Virus record (IMG/VR): IMGVR_UViG_3300040751_002066
Coordinates: 4,930-68,929 of that record
Origin: a virus
DNA length: 64,000 bases
Direction: 5' to 3' (one strand)
The notes below the pieces were generated by a model, which was given only the letters and a program-made list of their open reading frames with translations, was not told where the DNA came from and made no database searches. Numbering within the stretch: position 1 is the stretch's first letter; every line of letters starts with the position of its first letter. The position numbers were made by a program, and so were the translations under genes. Shown here in pieces: positions 36,852-44,443 of this stretch.

Positions 36852-37367
36852 TTAGTCACGGATACGGAGGGACTTCACGTCTACTCCCGCAAGGTCGGCC
36901 ACCTCTTGCAAGGTGAGGGTGGTCTCCTTGGTGGGTTCGGGGATGTGAGTACCTTGGTGATACCACTCCTTGATGCCGTCGGGTTCCTCAATGGCGGGAC
37001 CGTCCTCACGGTGGCGCTGGCCGTTGAGCCACCACTCCTTGATGCCGTTGGCATACTCAATGGCGGGACCGTTCTCACGGTGGCGCTGGCCGTGGTGATA
37101 CCACTTCTTGGTGCCGTTGGCATACTCACTGGCGGGACCGTCCTCACGGTGGCGCTGGCCGTGGTGATACCACTTCTTGGTGCCGTTGGGATACTCAACG
37201 GCGGGACCGTCCTCACGGTGGAGCTTGCCGTGGTGATACCACTTCTTGGTGCCGTTGGGATACTCAACGGCGGGACCGTCCTCACGGTGGAAGGTGGTAA
37301 GCTCACGGTTGGAATAGTAATGGCGGGTGCCGTTGGAGTAGACGTGGATGTATTGTTCTTTGATCAT
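36852..37367 (-). CDS. HREDGPA-repeat protein, copy B (tandem duplicate)
   Basis: Same length and termini as copy A; the duplication unit is 544 bp (36308-36851 and 36852-37395). Confidence 0.85.
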   Translation of the reverse strand: MIKEQYIHVYSNGTRHYYSNRELTTFHREDGPAVEYPNGTKKWYHHGKLHREDGPAVEYPNGTKKWYHHGQRHREDGPASEYANGTKKWYHHGQRHRENGPAIEYANGIKEWWLNGQRHREDGPAIEEPDGIKEWYHQGTHIPEPTKETTLTLQEVADLAGVDVKSLRIRD

Positions 37368-37438
37368 ATTCTTTGTTGGTTGTTGGTTGGATGGGTGCCC
37401 CACATACTGGTTGCTACTAGTATGCAGGACAAGTCGGT

Positions 37439-37870
37439 CTACTCAAATGTAACAGTAAAGTTAGGCGCCTTGCTAGCGAGGTACCCCTCGATAGCCCCTT
37501 CCAAAGCGTCGTCGCTGATGTGTTCAGCGAGGTCGCCGAGGTCGATGTAGTCGGCAACCTTAATCGGGGATACGTGGGTGGCAACTCCAGACAGGCTCAG
37601 TTCCTCGGACAATTCCTCGAGGTCCACCCCCGCCGCCACCTTGTGGGGAGGGACGAAGGTCGCGACAACGGCGGGGTCCAGTTCGTCGGCCACCTGATCG
37701 GCAGTCGGAAGGTGGCGTGCAACCATGTCGGCAAGGTTCGCCGCTGCCTTGGTTGCCTCGTCTCTCCGGATGTCCTCTAAGTAGTCGAGGAGTAGCCAGT
37801 CAAGGACCATGTACCAGATGATGCGGGCTTGAAGGAGGGGGTAGCTGAGTAGTAGGGTAATGTATTTCAT
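37439..37870 (-). CDS. Hypothetical protein with a hydrophobic N-terminus and short internal repeats
   Basis: Start ATG 37870 after a CAA leader; repeated P..VA..(L/V/I)D units. Confidence 0.65.
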   Translation of the reverse strand: MKYITLLLSYPLLQARIIWYMVLDWLLLDYLEDIRRDEATKAAANLADMVARHLPTADQVADELDPAVVATFVPPHKVAAGVDLEELSEELSLSGVATHVSPIKVADYIDLGDLAEHISDDALEGAIEGYLASKAPNFTVTFE

Positions 37871-37959
37871 AATAGTTTTGTTGGTCGTTGGTTGTTGGTT
37901 GGTTGGGGAGCACCCTGAACCATGGGGTCGGACCATGGTTCAGGGTTCTGGGTTCAGGG

Positions 37960-38226
37960 TTAGATACCAAGATCGTCGTCTTCCTTCTTCTTCGCCTCCG
38001 CTGCCTCTTCCTCTTCCTCAATCAAAGCGTCGAAGCGTTCGTTGAGGGTGTCCCGAAGGGAACGAAGAGCTGCCAACGTCTCGCTGCGTGTAGCCTTAAG
38101 GGTAGGCTTACTCCCGGGGACTTGGGTGGTCACCTTCTCATTGAGGAGGGTGGAGGTTTGGTAAGTATCAACCTTGTGCGTGATGGCGAGGTCGAGGGTA
38201 ATGGTAGTTTCGGATGGTGTTTTCAT
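37960..38226 (-). CDS. Hypothetical acidic-tailed protein
   Basis: 88-aa ORF. Confidence 0.65.
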   Translation of the reverse strand: MKTPSETTITLDLAITHKVDTYQTSTLLNEKVTTQVPGSKPTLKATRSETLAALRSLRDTLNERFDALIEEEEEAAEAKKKEDDDLGI

Positions 38227-38258
38227 AGTAACAGTGGTAGTGGTAGTTGTAGTTGTAG

Positions 38259-38597
38259 TTAGAGAACCAGCTCATGGGTGTACGAACTGGTGCGATTGAA
38301 GGTACGTGCGAGTGTCCACGAGTAGGGCAGGCCCTTACAAGTTAGGATAACGAGCACACGGTCGTGGAAGTAGGATGTTGTAACCTCTTGCACTTCATAA
38401 AAAGTGGAATCGTATCGGAAGCGAACCCACTTGAGGTTGGTCTGAAGCCATTGCAACTGGGCAGTCGGACCGGCGAGGCGGGCCTCCTGTTTGCGGATGG
38501 CTGCGAGGTGGCGGGAGGCCCCGACCTCACGGACATCTTTCGATGCGCCGTGGGGCAGGACCTCGGGGTGCCTCCACTCAGGAAGAGGCAGTGACAT
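38259..38597 (-). CDS. Hypothetical protein
   Basis: 112-aa ORF. Confidence 0.55.
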   Translation of the reverse strand: MSLPLPEWRHPEVLPHGASKDVREVGASRHLAAIRKQEARLAGPTAQLQWLQTNLKWVRFRYDSTFYEVQEVTTSYFHDRVLVILTCKGLPYSWTLARTFNRTSSYTHELVL

Positions 38598-38844
38598 AAG
38601 AGGGGAGCACTACGGATGACCGCACACCCACCTCCGATGGGTGAACCTTCTGATGCTCGACCAAGGGAAGCACCCTCGACACTGGGACCCGATTGGGTGG
38701 GACGAATGGACGAACAATCAGGAGGTTACCCTCCCGACCCAACACCACGACACGGCGTCCCCTCAGCATAAGGGTCTCGCCGACGTAAATGGCCCAGCCT
38801 CTCGTACTAATGCCGACTAGTTTGGTATTGGTTCTACGCTTCAT
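38578..38844 (-). CDS. Hypothetical protein
   Basis: 88-aa ORF overlapping both neighbours. Confidence 0.55.
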   Translation of the reverse strand: MKRRTNTKLVGISTRGWAIYVGETLMLRGRRVVVLGREGNLLIVRPFVPPNRVPVSRVLPLVEHQKVHPSEVGVRSSVVLPSYVTASS

Positions 38845-39169
38845 AATATCCGGGGGTGGAGGGTTGGTCTGGCTGGGGGTAGTGTCCCCAGTAACTCTCG
38901 ACTACCTTGTCGAGGGCGTCGGAGTCAATGGTGTTCCACCTCTCGGAGGTGAGGGTATCGAACTCGGCACCATACTTCTCACAGGTCCTTCTCAGGAACT
39001 CCCGCTTGAACTTGTGGGCGAGGTCGATGTACTTGGTGCAACGGCTACGTGCCGAGTGGAGGATGACGTGGTCCTTACCTACACTGACCGAACACCGGCG
39101 CTTGAAGGGTTTAGGGGCCGGACCTTTCGGCTTCTCGTTGTCTGCTTTAATTTGAGGTAGTGCTTTCAT
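38834..39169 (-). CDS. Hypothetical protein
   Basis: 111-aa ORF after the leader AACCAAAACAAATAGCTATG. Confidence 0.7.
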   Translation of the reverse strand: MKALPQIKADNEKPKGPAPKPFKRRCSVSVGKDHVILHSARSRCTKYIDLAHKFKREFLRRTCEKYGAEFDTLTSERWNTIDSDALDKVVESYWGHYPQPDQPSTPGYYEA

Positions 39170-39238
39170 AGCTATTTGTTTTGGTTAAATGCACCGCTCT
39201 TGAAGAGGTGGCGGTGTGCCTCACCTGCTTGGTTGGGG

Positions 39239-39676
39239 TTACTTCAGGGATTTCTTTACCCCAACGGCGGCGCGATTGATCTCTGCAAGGGAGCTGAAGG
39301 ATATGGTCTGGCACCCCACGTGGATGCCTTCCTTATCTACCGTTGCGGTGTAATCCCCGACACCGGGGACCTCAATACTAAGCTCCTCTTCCACAGGGGC
39401 GAGGAGGCTTATGATTTGTGCGAGGTCTTCCTGCCAGTCCCACAGATTAGTGAGGCCCGCCCCGTGAGCATATCCCCCAACTACTTGGAGGGCGTCCGGT
39501 CTTACCTTCACCACGGTGTACCTCGGGTATGACTTGTCCACCCATTCTTCCGGGGTGGCATCATACACTGTGATCGAGCCGGGTGTGTAGATCGCATACC
39601 CCATAGTTGAGAGTAGGGTCAGGCATTGGATGGCGTCTTGATGGCTGGAGAATTGGATGTTAATTACTTTAGACAT
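39239..39676 (-). CDS. Hypothetical protein
   Basis: Start ATG 39676 after a dyad hairpin and CAA leader. Confidence 0.7.
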   Translation of the reverse strand: MSKVINIQFSSHQDAIQCLTLLSTMGYAIYTPGSITVYDATPEEWVDKSYPRYTVVKVRPDALQVVGGYAHGAGLTNLWDWQEDLAQIISLLAPVEEELSIEVPGVGDYTATVDKEGIHVGCQTISFSSLAEINRAAVGVKKSLK

Positions 39677-39751
39677 ACTATTTTGTTGGTTGTTGGTTGT
39701 TGGTTGGGTGCCCCACATACTGGTCTTCACTAGTATGTGGGGCAGGTTAGC

Positions 39752-40267
39752 CTAGAGGGCAGCTTGCAGCTCCTTTTGGATCGTTGACGCCAGCGCCTCC
39801 ACACATTCCAGACCGGCCGCGCCCACCATGATGAGGTCCTTGGCACGTTCCACCTCCTTGGAGATGCGGTCTTCAGTCGCTTGGAGGCGGGCCTCCAACT
39901 TAGCCTGCACTTTCCTGAGTGCCTTCTTCTCCTTGGAGAGACGAGTGATCTCCTCTTGGTGGTCGTTGGTGATGAGGTTAAGCACCGGAATATTAGCTAC
40001 GTAACCACCCAAGTTGGAACGATTCTCTTCGATGGTCGCAGCAATAACCTTCCGGACCGCCGCCGCCGGTGCGGGACGGGGGTTGGCATAGGGATCCTCA
40101 AGGAGCGAGTTGATTCGATCCCGGATCCAATCGATCCGCACCCGGCCATCAGTGCGGGCAGCGTCGCAGAGGTCATGGTGCGCGTCGCGGGCAAGAGAGT
40201 CGAGGCGTTTCACGATGTGCTTCTTCTCCGAGGCTGTCATTTTTGGGGTGTTATTTGTAGTCTTCAT
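39752..40267 (-). CDS. Hypothetical coiled-coil protein flanked by direct repeats
   Basis: 171 aa; near-identical ~70-bp hairpin-plus-leader blocks on both sides. Confidence 0.75.
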   Translation of the reverse strand: MKTTNNTPKMTASEKKHIVKRLDSLARDAHHDLCDAARTDGRVRIDWIRDRINSLLEDPYANPRPAPAAAVRKVIAATIEENRSNLGGYVANIPVLNLITNDHQEEITRLSKEKKALRKVQAKLEARLQATEDRISKEVERAKDLIMVGAAGLECVEALASTIQKELQAAL

Positions 40268-40353
40268 ACTATTTTGTTGGTTGTTGGTTGTTGGTTGTTG
40301 GTTGGGTGCCCCACATACTGGTCTTCACTAGTATGTGGGGCGATTGGTTGTGG

Positions 40354-40638
40354 TTAGCCACGCATCATGGCGGCGGCGAGACCGGAAACGTCACCCGTCT
40401 TGAGCATGCGTTCACTGTCCTCCATGGATGCGGCTTGCTTAAGGCCACGGGCCCGACGGTCTACCGATTTCTTCGCGACCGTCGGGTTCGCTACGACTTC
40501 AATCACCCCGTCTTCACGGGAGGTCAAGTCTTTGTTGATAATAAGAATCACTGGAGCCTTCGCGCCACGCGCAAGAGTCAGAGTGAATCCTTTGTATTGG
40601 GCGGTTGCCCCCATCTTGTTTTCTGTTTTGGTTTTCAT
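40354..40638 (-). CDS. Hypothetical basic protein
   Basis: 94-aa ORF. Confidence 0.6.
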   Translation of the reverse strand: MKTKTENKMGATAQYKGFTLTLARGAKAPVILIINKDLTSREDGVIEVVANPTVAKKSVDRRARGLKQAASMEDSERMLKTGDVSGLAAAMMRG

Positions 40639-40753
40639 GTTACAGGCCGGAAGTCTATCCGGTGGGGTATGTCCCGCGCAGCCGAAGCCACACGGGGCAC
40701 ACAGTCACCGTGCATACTTAGTCACGGATACAGAGGGACTTGTTGGGGATTAA

Positions 40754-41041
40754 CTAGCGAGCCGTTCCGAAGAACCGGATCAAGCGGCGAGCCGCCTCCC
40801 GATCTGATGTCTCGAACACCTCCCGCTCGGAGTGGCGACCCACCTTGGTGACAAGGCGGACCCCCTCTGGATCCACGTCAACAGTGGCGCACCGTTCATG
40901 GGTGCGCAACTCGACGTGTCCGTTGTCATCATTCTGGAAGGCCAGCACCCCGGATGGCACCACCATCATGAGGGTGGCGACACGAGTGGCTGCGGCACGT
41001 GACGGAACTCCCGTCACACTTTGGTTGTTTTTTGTATTCAT
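40754..41041 (-). CDS. Hypothetical protein
   Basis: 95-aa ORF after a hairpin and CAA leader. Confidence 0.65.
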   Translation of the reverse strand: MNTKNNQSVTGVPSRAAATRVATLMMVVPSGVLAFQNDDNGHVELRTHERCATVDVDPEGVRLVTKVGRHSEREVFETSDREAARRLIRFFGTAR

Positions 41042-41173
41042 TGTTTTGTTGGCTGGGTTGTTAGTTGTTACCCAGTGCTATGTCACTTGTGATACATACT
41101 AGTTGATACTAGTAGGTCACAAGTGACACGCCACTGAGAGTATAAGAACTCAATCTTATACCTGTGGTTGGGG

Positions 41174-41359
41174 TTAAATGATAGATGCGGTTAGCACCAC
41201 GAGTATGGCGAGGATGGCCCACGACGCTAGCTCGAATGCGGTTCTCATGGAGCGGGCCAAGTGTGGTTCACCCACTGGGCGAGTTTGCCTAGCCCAATCA
41301 CAAGGGCCACGAAGGCCACGAGATAAGCCAATCTCACTGGTCCCTCCCTTCTTGCTCAC
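41174..41359 (-). CDS. Small membrane protein
   Basis: C-terminal hydrophobic helix WAILAILVVLTASII. Confidence 0.45.
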   Translation of the reverse strand: MSKKGGTSEIGLSRGLRGPCDWARQTRPVGEPHLARSMRTAFELASWAILAILVVLTASII

Positions 41360-41528
41360 GTCGGATCCGAAAGGTGGTGACGTAGTTGCGGAGGATCTCC
41401 CGCACCAAGGGCATGCGCCTGTCCCGCCACCAATGCCGGAACGCCCACTTCAAGTCGGCGTCTATCGCGCCACGATGGTTAGTAAACCCCGGAGGCCGGG
41501 GCTTTATCTTTTGCTTATTTGTTTTCAT
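41334..41528 (-). CDS. Small basic hypothetical protein
   Basis: 64 aa; ATGA overlap with the upstream gene. Confidence 0.6.
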   Translation of the reverse strand: MKTNKQKIKPRPPGFTNHRGAIDADLKWAFRHWWRDRRMPLVREILRNYVTTFRIRREQEGRDQ

Positions 41529-41905
41529 ATCAATTTGGATACTTGTTCCACTTGTTCAAGAGGCCAAGACTTGTCTCCGTAGTAGAGGTTTTCGAGGTCG
41601 TGGGTTTCGAGATACGCCTCGAGCAAGGCGCGGAACATGGGGCCCACATTGTCCATGAACGGAGCGGGTCGGATCGCCAAGAAGTCATACGTGACTCCTC
41701 GGAACTTGAAGCAGTCGTTGGCGACGCGGAGGATGGGCTCGACTATAGTGTGGCCCTCATTGGTCACGCCGGTCACTACTTCAATGGAACTCCCCGAGTA
41801 AAGCGTGGACCAGAACGTCTCACACCAATGGGCGCGGAGCTTGGTTCCGTTGCCGGGTGAGGTGCCGCATGAGCGTAGCTCTATCTCTATGATCTTTGGA
41901 TACAT
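41525..41905 (-). CDS. Hypothetical protein
   Basis: 126 aa; dyad directly upstream of the ATG. Confidence 0.65.
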   Translation of the reverse strand: MYPKIIEIELRSCGTSPGNGTKLRAHWCETFWSTLYSGSSIEVVTGVTNEGHTIVEPILRVANDCFKFRGVTYDFLAIRPAPFMDNVGPMFRALLEAYLETHDLENLYYGDKSWPLEQVEQVSKLI

Positions 41906-41935
41906 GATGATACTGGTTGGGACTAGTAAGTGGGC

Positions 41936-42412
41936 CTAGTAAGTGTCACGGCGGGAGGCCCCGCGAACATTGACACGAGGGTAGGATTTAGGTTCCTTGG
42001 CGAGGCGCAAATCCGCGAGGACGTAGCACAAGGAGGTCAGGCCGTTGCGGGTGGTCCGGACGGACCGGTGCGGATACTTGTCGCTAAAGTGCGACGCTAG
42101 GCAACAGTGGAGCACCCATTCAAGGGACCGGAGCAGGTAGGTCCGGATCACCCCCTCGACATCCGTCCCTCTTTGATCCTCCTCGTCTACAAGGATGCGA
42201 CTCATGCGGGCCCCCAACTCGCGGGTGCACACCCCCTCGGGAAGGCCGTTGGGGAAATGAAGGGTCACCTCTAGGGGAACCTCGACATCCACGGGGTCTC
42301 TCTTCACAGGGGCGGGGGGAACCCCGCGATTGATGAAGCGCCCTTGGGCGTTGCTGGCTTTGCCCTTATTCATTCGGATAAGGGCCTTTCGTTTTTGTTT
42401 GTGCTCTTTCAT
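41936..42412 (-). CDS. Hypothetical basic protein
   Basis: Start reassigned to ATG 42412 (MKEHKQK); the longer called ORF runs through tandem repeats. Confidence 0.55.
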   Translation of the reverse strand: MKEHKQKRKALIRMNKGKASNAQGRFINRGVPPAPVKRDPVDVEVPLEVTLHFPNGLPEGVCTRELGARMSRILVDEEDQRGTDVEGVIRTYLLRSLEWVLHCCLASHFSDKYPHRSVRTTRNGLTSLCYVLADLRLAKEPKSYPRVNVRGASRRDTY

Positions 42413-42523
42413 AGCGGACACCCTCCCCCGTCCGGAGACGTGAGAGGGTGGGTCGCTATGCCCTGATCCATGATCCCCGATCCCCGATCCGATACTAGTA
42501 GCCCCTAGTATGGAGTCAGGGTG

Positions 42524-42611
42524 CAGTGCCATACAGTGCCATACAGTGCCATACAGTGCCATACAGTGCCATACAGTGCCATACAGGATACAGGATACAG
42601 GATACAGGATA
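42524..42611. repeat. Compound microsatellite (CAGTGCCATA)x6 plus (CAGGATA)x4
   Basis: Directly visible perfect tandem arrays. Confidence 0.97.
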
Positions 42612-42613
42612 CG

Positions 42614-42982
42614 CTATACACTGGCAATCTCAATGGCGGGACCGTCCTCACGGTGGGGCCGTCCGATTGAGAACCATTTCGAATGCCGCTCGCATACTGT
42701 TTCGAATGCGACGGTCCTCTCAAGAGTGTTCGCCCCTATGGTCCTCGCGTATCTTTTAACGCAAACGGTGGCATCTTGGAGGTCGCCGAAGTGATCCGTA
42801 TAATAGTCCATTTGCCTGATGAGGTCGTCGATACGACCGAGGGATGCGCAAAGCACAGGGGGGAGGAAAGCTGCGCAAACTCGCAGGAATTCCTCCCTTG
42901 TGGGAGTAATACTGCGCAACTGGATTGCGAGGGCCGCCTTAAACGTGGAGCTTTCGCCCTCAAGGTATTGATGTAGTGTCAT
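42614..42982 (-). CDS. Hypothetical protein ending in one HREDGPAIE unit
   Basis: 122 aa after a hairpin and AAACC-rich leader. Confidence 0.65.
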   Translation of the reverse strand: MTLHQYLEGESSTFKAALAIQLRSITPTREEFLRVCAAFLPPVLCASLGRIDDLIRQMDYYTDHFGDLQDATVCVKRYARTIGANTLERTVAFETVCERHSKWFSIGRPHREDGPAIEIASV

Positions 42983-43079
42983 AGTTTTTGTTTTGGTTTT
43001 GGTTCTTGTTTTGGTTTTGGGTAAAGTAAAGGGACCATACTAGAGCTTACTAGTATGGTCCCTTGTCGGTGCGGTCTTC

Positions 43080-43634
43080 TTAGGCGAAGACCTTGGCGAG
43101 GAGGAGTGCGGCCGCCTTGGCCTCGGCCCATTCTTTTGAATGGGTGTTCTGCCCGTCCAACTTGGCGGTCAGGGATTCAATCTGCTTGGCGATTGAATCG
43201 GGATTTAATGCCCTAGCCTTCCCGCCTTTCGCCTTGCCCTTTCCGGAAGTCTGAATGTTCCAAAGATCCTCCGACTTTTTGAGGCCCATCCATTTTCCAG
43301 AGAAACTAGACAAAGACTTGGCGTCTTTGGTTTCCTTGGGGAACAAGAGCTTGGCAGCCCCCCGCATCCCTTGGTGAAACAAGTCCCATTCGAAGTTGGC
43401 ACGGTAGGCCCAAAGGCCAATTTGCTTCCATTGAGGCTTGCCCCATACTTTACTAGTCCCGACTAGTAACTCCGCAAGGAAGGACGTGGCCGCATCCTGC
43501 TCGGCCATGCCCGTTTCAGCCAGTTGGTTCCAGCGGGCACAGAGGGCAACGACTAGTTTATCTTCGGACTTGTCGAATGCTTCGAGGGCGTTAAGGATGA
43601 TCGCGGATACTTCGATTTTGTTTTTAGTTGTCAT
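43080..43634 (-). CDS. Hypothetical protein, first gene of the early block
   Basis: 184-aa ORF; dyads upstream (43699) and inside (43451). Confidence 0.75.
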   Translation of the reverse strand: MTTKNKIEVSAIILNALEAFDKSEDKLVVALCARWNQLAETGMAEQDAATSFLAELLVGTSKVWGKPQWKQIGLWAYRANFEWDLFHQGMRGAAKLLFPKETKDAKSLSSFSGKWMGLKKSEDLWNIQTSGKGKAKGGKARALNPDSIAKQIESLTAKLDGQNTHSKEWAEAKAAALLLAKVFA

Positions 43635-44087
43635 TTTCTTTTCTTGGTTATGGGAAAGCGGTGTGCTCTCCCTTCACTAGGATAGGTGAACAGACCCCCA
43701 TACTAGTCGGGACCAGTTTGCGCGGCGGACCCTGATCCCCGACCCCTGATCCCTGAGCCTTGGTTCCGGATGCAGGGCCCTGAGCCTCCGACCCGGCTGC
43801 TGGGGGGTGGGTTCGTTTTTCTCGGTACCGGAATCATAGTATATTATGGTGCACACAATTTGTTGAAAATACTTTTGTTGCACCGGAGGGGGTTGTGGAA
43901 CGGACTGAGAATCAGTGACTTACAAAAGTGTGACATTTTGTCGCACCTGTTTCGCAATATATTGCACAAGTTGCACCGGGCCGGCGCAAGATTCAGAGCA
44001 CGGGGCTCGCAAGCCTTGTACCTACAACGATCCTCGGTGCAATATTTGTTGCACGCGGGTGCAAAATCAGGGATCAGGGCGCAGGGT

Positions 44088-44412
44088 AAAAATGGGCTTA
44101 CTGAGTATCAATGAGTTAGCGGTTCGTTTTGCCGCAAATAGGGGCGCTAGCCCGCATAGGTACAAGGAAACGCAACGTGAGGGATCCCCCACTCCACGGA
44201 CCCCCACTCCACAAACCCCTTAAGGAAGAGTTTTCTGTATTACTGAGAGAGTAGGATCTCTTCTGATAATACCTTTATGGAGGGTTTGTGGAGTGGGGGT
44301 CCGTGGAGTGGGGGTTCCCGCGGACCACGTTTCCTTGTACCTATGCGGGCTGGAGCCTCTATTTGCGGCAAAACGAACCGCTAACTCACTGATACTCAGT
44401 AAACCCCTTTTT
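44088..44412. repeat. Large imperfect inverted repeat (~132-bp arms, ~61-bp AT-rich spacer); candidate origin or packaging/terminus signal
   Basis: Arm 44088-44219 is the reverse complement of 44281-44412 with scattered mismatches; each arm has two CCCCCACTCCAC units; sits at the strand-divergence point. Confidence 0.92.
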
Positions 44413-44443
44413 GCGACCCATCAAAAGACCAGATTACCCGAAT

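Larger units (their letters stand above)
31723..43718. repeat. Dispersed dyad family (CA)TACTRGT-N4-ACYAGTA(TG), 13 copies, mostly in intergenic hairpins
   Basis: Cores start at 31730, 32761, 34252, 37403, 38805 (degenerate), 39716, 40314, 41095, 41911, 42492, 43036, 43451 and 43699. Confidence 0.92.

Noticed and set aside
36308-37395. Diversity-generating retroelement (TR/VR pair)
   Set aside because: No reverse transcriptase in the window; both copies are intact genes and the differences are not adenine-specific
31777-39730. ORF-track N-terminal extensions such as TNNQQPTT
   Set aside because: They are translations of the (CCAACAA)n leaders; starts were reassigned to the downstream ATG
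41970-41988. TTGACA-N6-TAGGAT as a seventh class II motif
   Set aside because: It lacks the GGGG prefix, the spacer is 6, and it is antisense within a coding region
42505-42794. Short ORFs made of MALYGTVWHC / CHTVPYSAIQ repeats
   Set aside because: Artefacts of the 10-bp microsatellite
31723-43718. CRISPR array or classical integron attC sites
   Set aside because: The repeats are separated by whole genes, not 30-40-nt spacers; there are no RYYYAAC/GTTRRRY boxes and no integrase is seen
44088-44412. Protelomerase (telRL) hairpin-telomere site or IS/MITE
   Set aside because: tel sites are uninterrupted palindromes and this one has a ~61-bp asymmetric spacer; no protelomerase, transposase or target-site duplication is visible
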